Assembly (NCBI RefSeq): GCF_045037415.1
Contig: NZ_CP173438.1
Length of the DNA stretch: 64,000 bases
Source of the DNA: Escherichia coli
GTDB taxonomy: Bacteria > Pseudomonadota > Gammaproteobacteria > Enterobacterales > Enterobacteriaceae
Direction: 5' to 3' (one strand)
Positions 48,534 to 60,732 of this stretch are shown here, piece by piece; position 1 is the first letter of the stretch; each line of letters opens with the position of its first letter. The notes under the pieces were generated by a model. It did not search any database. It had not been told where the DNA came from and was given only the letters and a program-made list of their open reading frames with translations. The translations under genes were made by a program, and so were the position numbers.

Positions 48534-49538
48534 TTAAAGCGGATCGACTTTCAGGCAAGAAACGGCGTGTCTGAAACTCCCTTCCAGCACAGGACGTGTT
48601 TTGGCGCACTCCGGACCTGCAATCGGACAACGGGTACGGAAAACACAACCGGAAGGCGGGTTGATCGGCGACGGTAATTCCCCTTCCAGTAACTGGATGG
48701 TTTTGTTCTTCTCCAGATCCGGATCAGGTATGGGGACTGCCGACATCAATGCCCTGGTGTAAGGATGTAGCGGATTGTGGTAGACCTCATCATAGGTCCC
48801 CAGTTCTACCGCATGGCCGAGATACATCACCAGCACACGATCGGAAATGTGTTTTACCACGGCCAGGTCGTGAGCGATAAAAATTAATGACAATCCCATC
48901 TCACGTTGCAACTGCTGGAGCAGGTTGACCACCTGCGCCTGAATTGACACGTCCAGCGCCGACACCGGCTCATCACAGATAATCAGCTTCGGTTCAAGAA
49001 TAAGAGCGCGAGCAATCCCGATACGCTGGCACTGCCCACCGGAGAACTCATGCGGATAGCGGTTAATCAGGTTAGGCAACAAACCGACTTTCAGCATCAT
49101 CGCCTTCACGCGCTCGCGAACTTCCTGGCGTGACATTTTCGGATGATAAGTACGCAGTGGTTCAGCGATGATCTCGCCGATGGTCATACGCGGGTTCAGC
49201 GATGCCAACGGATCCTGGAAAATCATCTGAATATCACTGCGTACGGCACGCCATTCATCGGGCTTCATGCCCAGCAACTCTTTACCTAACCAGGCAACAT
49301 GACCGTCGGTCGCTTTAACCAGGCCAATGATGGCGCGAGCAAAGGTGGACTTACCGCATCCCGATTCCCCTACCACACCTAATGTTTCCCCTTCATACAG
49401 GCGAAGAGTTACACCATCGACGGCTTTGAGCGTTTTCGGCGGTTGCCAGAACCACTGTTTGCCATCTTTGATTTCAAAGTGCACTTTCAGATCGGCGATT
49501 TCGAGGAGGACTTTTCTTCCTTCGGTTACAGCATTCAT
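48534..49538 (-). CDS. oppF: Oligopeptide ABC transporter ATP-binding protein OppF
   Basis: 334 aa, Walker A GESGCGKST. Confidence 0.9.
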   Translation of the reverse strand: MNAVTEGRKVLLEIADLKVHFEIKDGKQWFWQPPKTLKAVDGVTLRLYEGETLGVVGESGCGKSTFARAIIGLVKATDGHVAWLGKELLGMKPDEWRAVRSDIQMIFQDPLASLNPRMTIGEIIAEPLRTYHPKMSRQEVRERVKAMMLKVGLLPNLINRYPHEFSGGQCQRIGIARALILEPKLIICDEPVSALDVSIQAQVVNLLQQLQREMGLSLIFIAHDLAVVKHISDRVLVMYLGHAVELGTYDEVYHNPLHPYTRALMSAVPIPDPDLEKNKTIQLLEGELPSPINPPSGCVFRTRCPIAGPECAKTRPVLEGSFRHAVSCLKVDPL

Positions 49539-50548
49539 AACAGTTCCTCCACCGGTTTAAAGCAAGCACGCAGACGGCCAGGCGTAAACTCTTCCAGCGG
49601 CGGTGCGCTACTACAAATATCCATCGCATGCGGACAACGTGGCTGGAACGGGCAACCTTTCGGTAATCGCAGCAGGTTTGGCGGATTACCCGGAATAGTC
49701 AACATTGTTTCACCTTCCGCATCGAGACGCGGCACCGCGTTGAGCAAACCGATAGAATAAGGATGTACGGGTTGATAAAAGACATCGCGCGCGTTGCCAT
49801 ATTCCATCGTGCGCCCGGCGTACATTACCAGCACTTTGTCGCAGATCCCCGCCACCACGCCAAGATCGTGGGTAATCATAATGATGGCGGTATTAAATTC
49901 CCGCTTCAGTTCATTCAATAGCGTCATGATCTGCGCCTGTACGGTGACGTCCAGCGCAGTAGTGGGTTCATCCGCAATCAGCAGCTTAGGTCGACATAGC
50001 AATGCCATCGCAATCATGACTCGCTGACGCATGCCGCCAGAAAATTCGTGCGGGTACATTTTCATGCGTTTACGCGCTTCCGGCATTTTTACCGCATCGA
50101 GCATCCGCACCGATTCTTCAAACGCCTCAGCTTTGCTCATGTTCTTATGCAGCATCAGCACTTCCATCAACTGCTCACCGACGCGCATATAGGGATTCAA
50201 CGAAGTCATTGGGTCCTGAAAAATCATTGAGATTTGTTCAGCTCGCAGTTTATTGAGTTCATGCTCTGGCAAATTGAGGATTTCACGCCCATTGAAGGTT
50301 GCCGATCCGCCAATACGTCCGTTGGCAGCTAACAGGCCCATCAACGCGAATGCGGTTTGCGATTTGCCCGAACCAGACTCACCTACGATGCCCAGCGTTT
50401 CTCCGGCACGTAGCGAAAAATTCAAATCATTGACCGCCGTGACGTCGCCATCCGGGGTACTAAAGGTGACACGCAAATCTTTCACGTTCAGCAGTGCGTC
50501 AGCCTGTTGTTGTGCGAGCGGCACAGTTGCAGTTTCAATTACGCTCAT
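49535..50548 (-). CDS. oppD: Oligopeptide ABC transporter ATP-binding protein OppD
   Basis: 337 aa, Walker A GESGSGKSQ. Confidence 0.9.
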   Translation of the reverse strand: MSVIETATVPLAQQQADALLNVKDLRVTFSTPDGDVTAVNDLNFSLRAGETLGIVGESGSGKSQTAFALMGLLAANGRIGGSATFNGREILNLPEHELNKLRAEQISMIFQDPMTSLNPYMRVGEQLMEVLMLHKNMSKAEAFEESVRMLDAVKMPEARKRMKMYPHEFSGGMRQRVMIAMALLCRPKLLIADEPTTALDVTVQAQIMTLLNELKREFNTAIIMITHDLGVVAGICDKVLVMYAGRTMEYGNARDVFYQPVHPYSIGLLNAVPRLDAEGETMLTIPGNPPNLLRLPKGCPFQPRCPHAMDICSSAPPLEEFTPGRLRACFKPVEELL

Positions 50549-50559
50549 GGCTGCACTCC

Positions 50560-51468
50560 TTAACGATCTTTCGGGTCGAGGGCATCACGCAAGCCATCGC
50601 CGATAAAGTTGAAACAAAACAGCGTTACCACGAGGAATCCCGCTGGGAACAACAGTAACCATGGAGAGACTTCCATCGAGTTCGCGCCATCACTCAGCAA
50701 TGCACCCCAGCTGCTTAACGGCTCTTGTGTACCTAATCCCAGGAAGCTAAGGAAAGATTCAAAGAGGATCATGCTGGGCACCAGAAGCGACGCATAGACC
50801 ACCACCACACCGAGTACGTTCGGCACAATGTGGCGAATAACAATGCCCGGCGTCGATACACCGCCAACTTGTGCCGCCTCAATAAACTCTTTGCGCTTCA
50901 GACTCAGGGTTTGCCCACGCACAATACGAGCCATATCCAGCCAGGAAACCATGCCAATCGCCACGAAAATCAGCAGGATGTTTTGACCGAAAAAGGTCAC
51001 CAGCAAAATGACGAAGAACATGAATGGGAAGGAGTTGAGGATTTCCAGCAGACGCATCATTACCGAATCCACTTTACCGCCCAGATAACCGGAAAGCGAA
51101 CCATAAAGTGTCCCCACGACCACTGCCACCAGTGCCGCAGCAACACCGACCATGAGTGAGATACGCCCGCCAATCGCAACGCGCACAAGCAGGTCGCGAC
51201 CGGATGAGTCAGTACCAAAGTAGTGACCGGACTCCATATCCGGGGCGCTGGACATCATCGCCCAGTCAGTATCGTCATAGGCAAACTGCGAAAGCATCGG
51301 TGCCAGGATTACAAATAACGCGATCAGCACCAGCACTATCAGACTGGCAACCGCCGCACGGTTATGCATAAAACGTCGACGTGCGTCCTGCCACAAGCTG
51401 CGCCCTTCGACCTCCAGCTTTTCACTGAAATTTTCCAGCGTCTCGCTGTTTTTCTTACTTAACATCAT
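50560..51468 (-). CDS. oppC: Oligopeptide ABC transporter permease OppC
   Basis: 302 aa permease. Confidence 0.9.
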   Translation of the reverse strand: MMLSKKNSETLENFSEKLEVEGRSLWQDARRRFMHNRAAVASLIVLVLIALFVILAPMLSQFAYDDTDWAMMSSAPDMESGHYFGTDSSGRDLLVRVAIGGRISLMVGVAAALVAVVVGTLYGSLSGYLGGKVDSVMMRLLEILNSFPFMFFVILLVTFFGQNILLIFVAIGMVSWLDMARIVRGQTLSLKRKEFIEAAQVGGVSTPGIVIRHIVPNVLGVVVVYASLLVPSMILFESFLSFLGLGTQEPLSSWGALLSDGANSMEVSPWLLLFPAGFLVVTLFCFNFIGDGLRDALDPKDR

Positions 51469-51482
51469 CGCGAGCTCCAGTA

Positions 51483-52403
51483 TCAGTAACGGATTTTCGG
51501 GTCGATAACCGCATATAGCACATCGACAATGGCATTAAACAAAATGGTTAACGCGCCAACCAGAATGGTCAGACTTAACACTAAGGAATAGTCACGGTTC
51601 AATGCGCCATTAACGAACAATTGCCCAATCCCCGGTAAACCATAAATGGTTTCGATGACCATCGAACCGGTAATAATGCCGACAAATGCGGGCCCCATAT
51701 AGGAGAGCACGGGTAACAGAGCAGGTTTTAATGCGTGGCGTAAAATGATCCGCCGCATAGGTAACCCTTTCGCCCGGGCAGTACGAATAAAGTTGGAGTG
51801 TAAAACCTCAATCATAGAGCCACGGGTAATACGCGCAATACTGGCGATATAGGCGAGTGATAACGCCACCATTGGCAATATCATGAATTTAAGCGCTCCA
51901 CCATTCCAGCCACCGCCCGGCAGCCAATGCAAAATGATCGCAAATATCATGACTAATAATGGCGCAACCACAAAACTGGGGATAACAACCCCGGTCATTG
52001 CCAGCCCCATCACGGTATAGTCCCATTTGGTGTTTTGCTTTAATGCGGCAATAACGCCAGCACTAACACCCAGTATTACCGCAAGAAAAAATGCTGCAGC
52101 TCCCAGTTTGGCAGAAACGGGAAAACTGGATGCAACCAGGTCATTGACCGAATAATCTTTATATTTAAACGATGGACCGAAATCGCCATGCGCCAGTTGT
52201 TTCAGGTAGCTGAAATACTGTGTCATGATCGGATCATTAAGATGATATTTCGCTTCGATATTGGCCATCACTTCCGGTGGTAAAGTACGTTCGCCGGTAA
52301 AAGGACTGCCCGGCGCGAGGCGCATCATAAAGAACGAAATAGTAATAAGAATAAATAGCGTCGGAATCGCTTCCAGACAGCGACGTAGAATAAATTTTAA
52401 CAT
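51483..52403 (-). CDS. oppB: Oligopeptide ABC transporter permease OppB
   Basis: 306 aa permease. Confidence 0.9.
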   Translation of the reverse strand: MLKFILRRCLEAIPTLFILITISFFMMRLAPGSPFTGERTLPPEVMANIEAKYHLNDPIMTQYFSYLKQLAHGDFGPSFKYKDYSVNDLVASSFPVSAKLGAAAFFLAVILGVSAGVIAALKQNTKWDYTVMGLAMTGVVIPSFVVAPLLVMIFAIILHWLPGGGWNGGALKFMILPMVALSLAYIASIARITRGSMIEVLHSNFIRTARAKGLPMRRIILRHALKPALLPVLSYMGPAFVGIITGSMVIETIYGLPGIGQLFVNGALNRDYSLVLSLTILVGALTILFNAIVDVLYAVIDPKIRY

Positions 52404-52488
52404 TGCCCTACCTTCTGGCCTGTGCCTTCTGTAATGCGATAAAAATCAGACACCGTGGAGCAGGACACTCCTGCCCCACGTATTGCCA

Positions 52489-54120
52489 TTAGTGCTTCAC
52501 AATGTACATATTCCGGGTGTAGGTATTATCCAGCGGATCTTTGCCGGTATAGCCACCAACCCACGGTTTCACCAAACGCGCATTCACGTAGTAATAAACA
52601 GGAACAATGGCCGAATCCTTATCCAGCTGTTGTTCTGCTTTAGTGTACAGAGCTGCACGCTGCGCCTCGTCAGTCACTTTCAGCGTTTCCGCCATAATGC
52701 TGTCAAAGGCCGGGCTCTTATAATGCGCGGTATTCATTGAGCTGTTCGACAGCATGGTGTTCAGGAAGGAAGTTGGTTCGTTGTAGTCTGCACACCAGCC
52801 TGCACGGGCCACATCAAAAGTGCCCTGGTGACGGGTGTCGAGGAACGTTTTCCACTCCTGGTTAACCAGTTTGACGTTTACACCAATGTTTTTCTTCCAC
52901 AATGAAGAGGCAGCAATCGCCAGCTTTTTATGCAGATCGGAGGTGTTATACAACAGGTTGATGGTCAACGGTTTGTCTGCGGTATAACCCGCTTCAGCCA
53001 GCAGTTTTTTCGCTTCTTCGTTACGTTTTTCCTGGCTCCAGCCAAACCATTCCGGCTGAGTCAATTTTGCGCCATCAGTATACGGTGGAGTGTAACCATA
53101 GGCGGGCATGTCGCCCTGCGCTTTCACTTTATTAACAATGATATCGCGGTCCATACCCAATTTCAGTGCGGTACGCACACGCACGTCATTAAATGGCGGT
53201 TTCTGGTTGTTAATTTCGTAATAGTAAGTGCACAGGTATGGATCAACGTGAACTTCGTCCGGGATCTCTTTTTTCAGCTTCTGGAACAATTCGATCGGCA
53301 TGTTGTTATAAGTCATGTCGATTTCACCACTACGGTAGCGGTTGACATCGGTAACTTCAGAAGCAATAGGCAAATAGGTTACCTGGTTAATAACGGTTTT
53401 CGCGTTGTTCCAGTAGGTCGGGCTGCGTTCAAGAACGATTCGTTCGTTTACGACCCAATCTTTTAAGGTATAGGCACCGTTGGTGACGATATTACCAGGC
53501 TGGGTCCATTTTTCGCCGAATTTCTCGATAGCGGCTTTTGGCACCGGTGAAGTTGATGGATGAACAAGTAATTTATAGAAGTACGGAACAGGTTCACTTA
53601 AGGTGACTTCTAATGTGTGGTCATCAATAGCTTTCACGCCGAGATCGGTAATCGGTTTTTTCCCTTCAAGAATTTCATCAATACCGGCGATATGCCCATA
53701 TTGCAGATAACTGGCATACGGAGAAGCAGTGTTTGGATCAACAGAACGTTGCCAGCTATACACAAAGTCTTGTGCTGTGACTGGCGTGCCATCAGACCAT
53801 TTCGCATCTTTACGCAAATGGAAGGTCCAGACTTTCGCGTCTTTATTATCCCAGGATTCAGCGACGCCAGGTGCCGGATGGCCGTCAAGATCGCTAACCA
53901 GTAAGCCTTCAAACAGGTCTCGGCTGATATTAGACTCCGGAACACCTTCAATTTTGTGCGGATCTAATGACTGAACTTCTGAACCATTGTTACGTACCAG
54001 CGTTTGTTTTTCCGCCAGTGTGACACCTGCGGGTACATCAGCTGCCAGCGCGACATTCCCTGCCATAAGCGCAGCCAAAACGCCAGCTGCTACTAAACTT
54101 CTCTTGGTGATGTTGGTCAT
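52489..54120 (-). CDS. oppA: Periplasmic oligopeptide-binding protein OppA
   Basis: Start at MTNITKRSLVAAGVLAALMAGNVALA signal peptide; 543 aa. Confidence 0.9.
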   Translation of the reverse strand: MTNITKRSLVAAGVLAALMAGNVALAADVPAGVTLAEKQTLVRNNGSEVQSLDPHKIEGVPESNISRDLFEGLLVSDLDGHPAPGVAESWDNKDAKVWTFHLRKDAKWSDGTPVTAQDFVYSWQRSVDPNTASPYASYLQYGHIAGIDEILEGKKPITDLGVKAIDDHTLEVTLSEPVPYFYKLLVHPSTSPVPKAAIEKFGEKWTQPGNIVTNGAYTLKDWVVNERIVLERSPTYWNNAKTVINQVTYLPIASEVTDVNRYRSGEIDMTYNNMPIELFQKLKKEIPDEVHVDPYLCTYYYEINNQKPPFNDVRVRTALKLGMDRDIIVNKVKAQGDMPAYGYTPPYTDGAKLTQPEWFGWSQEKRNEEAKKLLAEAGYTADKPLTINLLYNTSDLHKKLAIAASSLWKKNIGVNVKLVNQEWKTFLDTRHQGTFDVARAGWCADYNEPTSFLNTMLSNSSMNTAHYKSPAFDSIMAETLKVTDEAQRAALYTKAEQQLDKDSAIVPVYYYVNARLVKPWVGGYTGKDPLDNTYTRNMYIVKH

Positions 54121-54857
54121 TGTTTTTTGGACTCCCTCATTATAATTACTGGTATTAACCAGCATGTGTAATCCCGGATTGGGACCCTGCACAGGCTCGG
54201 AGACTTTCTGCTGTCAGGTTACTTTATCGTTACGTATTACTATCACCGACTTTATTTATTCTGGTGATTCAGACGATCACCTTATGTCGATTCGTACTGT
54301 GTCTCCCCTGTCGAGACACATTATTCTTTCGCGACGGTCTTTAATTGTTAATTATTCTCATTACCAATAAAGAATCGCCTGGCGGTTGCCCGGAAAGTAC
54401 CAAATGCGGTTCTTACTCGCCAATACATTTTGCAAAATTGTTAAGCAATTCTCTTTTATTGACCGTACCAGAATCTATAGCTTGCATCCATGCCTTAACA
54501 AACATCTTTCAATTCAATCAAATAGAGGTTAGTTAAGCATGTCTCTCTTTTCTGATTACAGTTCCAGTAGTGAAATGCACAATAATTTAACAATTGATTA
54601 TTATTTAGCACTTTCCTCTACCAAAGGCAGTGGAATTACTAATATCATTTCAATTATTCTTCAGCAAGCCCAGGATTATGATGTGGCGAAAATAACATGA
54701 TGGTGAGGAGAAGCAGTTAAGGAAATCCTTATAACTAACTGTAATTTGAGAAGAATATTTTTACCTATTCCTTTTGCTTTTGATAACTGCGCAGGAACAA
54801 AGTAAAAATAATGACGAAGTAAACGGAGCATGGCAGCTCCGTTTCATTTGAAAGGAA

Positions 54858-55505
54858 TTAATTAAGCAGGCCGGGGAAAATCCCCTTAATACCAGTAACG
54901 ATAAATTCAATCCCCAACGCCATCAGCAATAGCCCCATAATACGCGTAATCACGTTGATGCCGGTCTGGCGTAAAACTCGTACCAGCCACGGTGCCATGC
55001 GAAACAATCCCCAGCAACATAAAGCGAACAATGCAATAGCCACAAAGAAACCAAACAGATAGCTAATGCTGTGATAACGCGTACCCCAGACGATGGTAGA
55101 ACTGATCGCCCCTGGCCCCGCCATCAACGGCAACGCCAATGGCACCACACCAATGCTTTCACGCACCGCGGTTTCTGATTTTTCTTGCTTGTTCTGTTTA
55201 TCCTCACCAAGCTTGCCGCTGATCATCGACATCGCTATTGTCACCACCAGGATGCCACCGGCGATACGGAATGAATCAATTGATATACCAAAAAGTTGTA
55301 GAATCGTGTCGCCGAGAAAAAGCGAGATCCACAAGATAATGGCCACAGACAGGTTGGCTGTAAGGTTAGTTTTGTTTCGCGCTGCCGCTGTCTGATAACT
55401 GGTCATGCTGATAAAGACGGGAATAATCCCTACCGGGTTGACCAGCGCAAATAACCCGATGAAAAATTTGAAGTAAACGGGAAAATCAAAAAAGGTCTGA
55501 ATCAC
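54858..55505 (-). CDS. ychE: MarC-family inner membrane protein YchE
   Basis: 215 aa multi-TM protein. Confidence 0.85.
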   Translation of the reverse strand: MIQTFFDFPVYFKFFIGLFALVNPVGIIPVFISMTSYQTAAARNKTNLTANLSVAIILWISLFLGDTILQLFGISIDSFRIAGGILVVTIAMSMISGKLGEDKQNKQEKSETAVRESIGVVPLALPLMAGPGAISSTIVWGTRYHSISYLFGFFVAIALFALCCWGLFRMAPWLVRVLRQTGINVITRIMGLLLMALGIEFIVTGIKGIFPGLLN

Positions 55506-55981
55506 GGTTAGCTCCGAAGCAAAAGCCGGATAATGTTAGCCATAAATAAGGTTGAAAAGACGCGCTGACAATACGCCTTTTGACAGCATTTTTCACCTCC
55601 TAACTACTTAAAATTGCTATCATTCGTTATTGTTATCTAGTTGTGCAAAACATGCTAATGTAGCCAACAAATCATACTACAATTTGTTAACTGTTAGCTA
55701 TAATGGCGAAAAGCCATGCTGAAAGGTGTCAGCTTTGCAAAAATTTGATCTTGATCACGTAATCAGTACCCAGAAGTGAGTAATCTTGCTTACGCCACCT
55801 GGAAGTGACGCATTAGAGATAATAACTCTAATGTTTAAACTCTTTTAGTAAATCACAGTGAGTGTGAGCGCGAGTAAGCTTTTGATTTCCATCGGTTAAG
55901 CAAATCATCACCGCACTGACTATACTCTCGTATTCGAGCAGATGATTTACTAAAAAAGTTTAACATTATCAGGAGAGCATT

Positions 55982-58657
55982 ATGGCTGTTACTAATGTCG
56001 CTGAACTTAACGCACTCGTAGAGCGTGTAAAAAAAGCCCAGCGTGAATATGCCAGTTTCACTCAAGAGCAAGTAGACAAAATCTTCCGCGCCGCCGCTCT
56101 GGCTGCTGCAGATGCTCGAATCCCACTCGCGAAAATGGCCGTTGCCGAATCCGGCATGGGTATCGTCGAAGATAAAGTGATCAAAAACCACTTTGCTTCT
56201 GAATATATCTACAACGCCTATAAAGATGAAAAAACCTGTGGTGTTCTGTCTGAAGACGACACTTTTGGTACCATTACTATCGCTGAACCCATCGGTATTA
56301 TTTGCGGCATCGTTCCGACCACTAACCCGACTTCAACTGCTATCTTCAAATCACTGATCAGCCTGAAGACCCGTAACGCCATTATCTTCTCCCCGCACCC
56401 GCGTGCAAAAGATGCAACCAACAAAGCGGCTGATATCGTTCTGCAGGCTGCTATCGCTGCCGGTGCTCCGAAAGATCTGATCGGCTGGATCGATCAACCT
56501 TCTGTTGAGCTGTCTAACGCACTGATGCACCACCCAGACATCAACCTGATCCTCGCGACTGGTGGTCCGGGCATGGTTAAAGCCGCATACAGCTCCGGTA
56601 AACCAGCTATCGGCGTAGGCGCGGGCAACACTCCAGTTGTTATCGATGAAACTGCTGATATCAAACGTGCAGTTGCATCTGTACTGATGTCCAAAACCTT
56701 CGACAACGGCGTAATCTGTGCTTCTGAACAGTCTGTTGTTGTTGTTGACTCTGTTTATGACGCAGTACGTGAACGTTTCGCAACCCACGGTGGCTATCTG
56801 TTGCAGGGTAAAGAGCTGAAAGCTGTTCAGGACGTTATCCTGAAAAACGGTGCGCTGAACGCGGCTATCGTTGGTCAGCCAGCCTATAAAATTGCTGAAC
56901 TGGCAGGCTTCTCTGTACCAGAAAACACCAAGATTCTGATCGGTGAAGTAACCGTTGTTGATGAAAGCGAACCGTTCGCACATGAAAAACTGTCCCCGAC
57001 TTTGGCAATGTACCGTGCTAAGGATTTCGAAGACGCGGTAGAAAAAGCAGAAAAACTGGTTGCTATGGGCGGTATCGGTCATACCTCTTGCCTGTACACT
57101 GACCAGGATAACCAACCGGCTCGCGTTTCTTACTTCGGTCAGAAAATGAAAACGGCTCGTATCCTGATTAACACCCCGGCTTCTCAGGGTGGTATCGGTG
57201 ACCTGTATAACTTCAAACTCGCACCTTCCCTGACTCTGGGTTGTGGTTCCTGGGGTGGTAACTCCATCTCTGAAAACGTTGGTCCGAAACACCTGATCAA
57301 CAAGAAAACCGTTGCTAAGCGAGCTGAAAACATGTTGTGGCACAAACTTCCGAAATCTATCTACTTCCGCCGTGGCTCCCTGCCAATCGCGCTGGATGAA
57401 GTGATTACTGATGGCCACAAACGTGCGCTCATCGTGACTGACCGCTTCCTGTTCAACAATGGCTATGCTGATCAGATCACTTCCGTATTGAAAGCAGCAG
57501 GCGTTGAAACTGAAGTCTTCTTCGAAGTAGAAGCTGACCCGACCCTGAGCATCGTTCGTAAAGGTGCAGAACTGGCAAACTCCTTCAAACCAGACGTGAT
57601 TATCGCGCTGGGTGGTGGTTCCCCGATGGACGCTGCGAAGATCATGTGGGTTATGTACGAACATCCGGAAACTCACTTCGAAGAACTGGCGCTGCGCTTT
57701 ATGGATATCCGTAAACGTATCTACAAGTTCCCGAAAATGGGTGTGAAAGCGAAAATGATCGCTGTCACCACCACTTCTGGTACAGGTTCTGAAGTCACTC
57801 CGTTTGCGGTTGTAACTGACGACACTACTGGTCAGAAATATCCGCTGGCAGACTATGCACTGACCCCGGATATGGCGATTGTCGACGCCAACCTTGTTAT
57901 GGACATGCCGAAGTCCCTGTGTGCTTTCGGTGGTCTGGACGCAGTAACTCACGCCATGGAAGCTTATGTTTCTGTACTGGCATCTGAGTTCTCTGATGGT
58001 CAGGCTCTGCAGGCACTGAAACTACTGAAAGAATATCTGCCAGCGTCCTACCACGAAGGGTCTAAAAATCCGGTAGCGCGTGAACGTGTTCACAGTGCAG
58101 CGACTATCGCGGGTATCGCGTTTGCGAACGCCTTCCTGGGTGTATGTCACTCAATGGCGCACAAACTGGGTTCCCAGTTCCATATTCCGCACGGTCTGGC
58201 AAACGCCCTGCTGATTTGTAACGTTATTCGCTACAACGCGAATGACAACCCGACCAAGCAGACTGCATTCAGCCAGTATGACCGTCCGCAGGCTCGCCGT
58301 CGTTATGCTGAAATTGCTGACCACCTGGGTCTGAGCGCACCGGGCGACCGTACTGCTGCTAAGATCGAGAAACTGCTGGCATGGCTGGAAACACTGAAAG
58401 CTGAACTGGGTATTCCGAAATCTATCCGTGAAGCTGGCGTTCAGGAAGCAGACTTCCTGGCGAACGTGGATAAACTGTCTGAAGATGCATTCGATGACCA
58501 GTGCACCGGCGCTAACCCGCGTTACCCGCTGATCTCCGAGCTGAAACAGATTCTGCTGGATACTTACTACGGTCGTGATTATGTAGAAGGCGAAACTGCA
58601 GCGAAGAAAGAAGCCGCTCCGGCTAAAGCTGAGAAAAAAGCGAAAAAATCCGCTTAA
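55982..58657 (+). CDS. adhE: Bifunctional aldehyde/alcohol dehydrogenase AdhE
   Basis: 891 aa starting [26 protein letters not shown]. Confidence 0.95.
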   Translation: MAVTNVAELNALVERVKKAQREYASFTQEQVDKIFRAAALAAADARIPLAKMAVAESGMGIVEDKVIKNHFASEYIYNAYKDEKTCGVLSEDDTFGTITIAEPIGIICGIVPTTNPTSTAIFKSLISLKTRNAIIFSPHPRAKDATNKAADIVLQAAIAAGAPKDLIGWIDQPSVELSNALMHHPDINLILATGGPGMVKAAYSSGKPAIGVGAGNTPVVIDETADIKRAVASVLMSKTFDNGVICASEQSVVVVDSVYDAVRERFATHGGYLLQGKELKAVQDVILKNGALNAAIVGQPAYKIAELAGFSVPENTKILIGEVTVVDESEPFAHEKLSPTLAMYRAKDFEDAVEKAEKLVAMGGIGHTSCLYTDQDNQPARVSYFGQKMKTARILINTPASQGGIGDLYNFKLAPSLTLGCGSWGGNSISENVGPKHLINKKTVAKRAENMLWHKLPKSIYFRRGSLPIALDEVITDGHKRALIVTDRFLFNNGYADQITSVLKAAGVETEVFFEVEADPTLSIVRKGAELANSFKPDVIIALGGGSPMDAAKIMWVMYEHPETHFEELALRFMDIRKRIYKFPKMGVKAKMIAVTTTSGTGSEVTPFAVVTDDTTGQKYPLADYALTPDMAIVDANLVMDMPKSLCAFGGLDAVTHAMEAYVSVLASEFSDGQALQALKLLKEYLPASYHEGSKNPVARERVHSAATIAGIAFANAFLGVCHSMAHKLGSQFHIPHGLANALLICNVIRYNANDNPTKQTAFSQYDRPQARRRYAEIADHLGLSAPGDRTAAKIEKLLAWLETLKAELGIPKSIREAGVQEADFLANVDKLSEDAFDDQCTGANPRYPLISELKQILLDTYYGRDYVEGETAAKKEAAPAKAEKKAKKSA

Positions 58658-58697
58658 TCAGTAGCGCTGTCTGGCAACATAACGGCCCCTTCTGGGG

Positions 58698-59842
58698 TAA
58701 TGCCAGTCAGTTAAGGATCAGTTGACCGATCCAGTGGCTGTGTAAGAATCCGGAAACGCTCACTCGTTTCCGGATTTTTTTATGCTCATTGGACAGGCCC
58801 TTGATTTGGTATCCCGTTACGATTCTCTGCGTAACCCACTGACTTCTCTGGGGGATTACCTCGACCCCGAACTCATCTCTCGTTGCCTTGCCGAATCAGG
58901 TACTGTAACGCTACGCAAGCGCCGTCTTCCCCTCGAAATGATGGTCTGGTGTATTGTTGGCATGGCGCTTGAGCGTAAAGAACCTCTTCACCAGATTGTG
59001 AATCGCCTGGATATCATGCTGCCGGGCAATCGCCCCTTCGTTGCCCCCAGTGCCGTTATTCAGACCCGCCAGCGTCTGGGAATTGAGGCTGTCCGCCGCG
59101 TGTTCACGAAAACAGCGCAGCTCTGGCATAACACCACGCCGCATCCGCACTGGTGCGGCCTGACCCTGCTGGCCATCGATGGTGTGTTCTGGCGCACACC
59201 GGATACACCAGAGAACGATGCAGCCTTCCCCCGCCAGACACATGCCGGGAACCCGGCGCTCTACCTGCAGGTCAAAATGGTCTGCCAGATGGAACTGACC
59301 AGCCATCTGCTGACGGCTGCAGCCTTCGGCACGATGAAGAACAGCGAAAATGAGCTTGCTGAGCAACTTATAGAACAAACCGGCGATAACACCCTGACGT
59401 TAATGGATAAAGGTTATTACTCACTGGGACTGTTAAATACCTGGAGCCTGGCGGGAGAACACCGCCACTGGATGATCCCTCTCAGAAAGGGAGCGCAATA
59501 TGAAGAGATCAGAAAACTGGGTAAAGGCGATCATCTGGTGAAGCTGAACACCAGCCCGCAGGCACGAAAAAAGTGGCCGGGACTGGGAAATGAGGTGACA
59601 GTCCGCCTGCTGACCGTGACGCGCAAAGGAAAAGTCTGCCATCTGCTGACGTCGATGACGGACGCCATGCGCTTCCCCGGGACGTATACCGGAGCTGATG
59701 CGCGATCTTGCAAGTATGGGACAACTAGTGAAATTACCGACAAGAAGAGAAAGGGCCTTCCCGAGAGTGATAAAGGAGAGGCCCTGGAAATACTCCACAG
59801 CCCCGAAAAAGAGCCAGTCAGTTGCTTAACTGACTGGCATTA
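58698..59842. mobile_element. IS4-family element with internal deletion, 17-bp terminal inverted repeats, flanked by 12-bp target-site duplication
   Basis: IR-L TAATGCCAGTCAGTTAA (58698-58714), IR-R TTAACTGACTGGCATTA (59826-59842); CCCCTTCTGGGG at 58686-58697 and 59843-59854. Confidence 0.8.
58782..59828 (+). pseudogene. insZ: IS4 transposase pseudogene (insZ-like); frame broken by an internal deletion near 59690
   Basis: N-terminal ~300 aa match IS4 transposase; C-terminal [33 protein letters not shown]...SQSVA is present only in another frame. Confidence 0.8.
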
Positions 59843-60114
59843 CCCCTTCTGGGGCCGTTTTTTATTTTCCCAAAGCAACTTTTCCATAAACCGGCAGCAT
59901 TGTCCTTCATCATATTTGCGACGATGTATAACGCCTACACACAGCGATATTGTACTTTACAGGTTACAAGTCAATGTCGGTGTATAAGCGCTCTGTGAGG
60001 CGTATAACGGCGTTAAAAAACTGCCGAGAAGGGTGTATAGCCCGGAAGAAGTGCGTAAAACGAACTGACAGGGATAAAAGCGCCCTGCTCACCCTGTCAG
60101 TAAAGAAATTCTTA

Positions 60115-60732
60115 TTAATCGTGGCGATGCCTTTCCTGAATAGCCGTTAATGAGCCGACTTCTAACGCCTCTTTATAGTGTTTACGGCATACAGAAACGT
60201 AGCGTTCATTACCACCAATAACCACCTGCTCACCTTCGTTATAAGGTCTGCCTGCTTGATCAAGACGCAGCACCATGCTTGCTTTACGGCCACAAAAACA
60301 GATGGTTTTTAATTCAACCAGTTTGTCGGACCATGCCAGTAAGTATTGACTGCCAATAAATAATTCACCTCGAAAATCGGTACGTAGACCATAACAAAGT
60401 ACGGGTATATCGAGTTGATCGACAACCTCCGATAATTCATATGCTTGTTGTCTGGTTAAAAACTGGCATTCATCAACCAGTACGCAATGAATTGCCTGCT
60501 GTTCATGTTCCGCACGAATCTCATCAAATAATGATGAATTTTGGTTAAATAATTTTGCAGGTGATGACAAACCTATACGCGAACTGACTTTCCCGGCACC
60601 AAAGCGATCATCAATTTCTGCCGTATATACGACAGTGCGCATGCCGCGTTCCTGGTAATTGTATGAAGATTGCAACAATGCTGTAGACTTACCCGCATTC
60701 ATTGCGGAATAGTAGAAATATAGCTGTGCCAT
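60115..60732 (-). CDS. tdk: Thymidine kinase
   Basis: 205 aa, [21 protein letters not shown]. Confidence 0.9.
   Translation of the reverse strand: MAQLYFYYSAMNAGKSTALLQSSYNYQERGMRTVVYTAEIDDRFGAGKVSSRIGLSSPAKLFNQNSSLFDEIRAEHEQQAIHCVLVDECQFLTRQQAYELSEVVDQLDIPVLCYGLRTDFRGELFIGSQYLLAWSDKLVELKTICFCGRKASMVLRLDQAGRPYNEGEQVVIGGNERYVSVCRKHYKEALEVGSLTAIQERHRHD

Noticed and set aside
56351-57952. 533-aa minus-strand ORF
   Set aside because: Fully antisense to adhE, which is unambiguous; a reverse-frame artefact.
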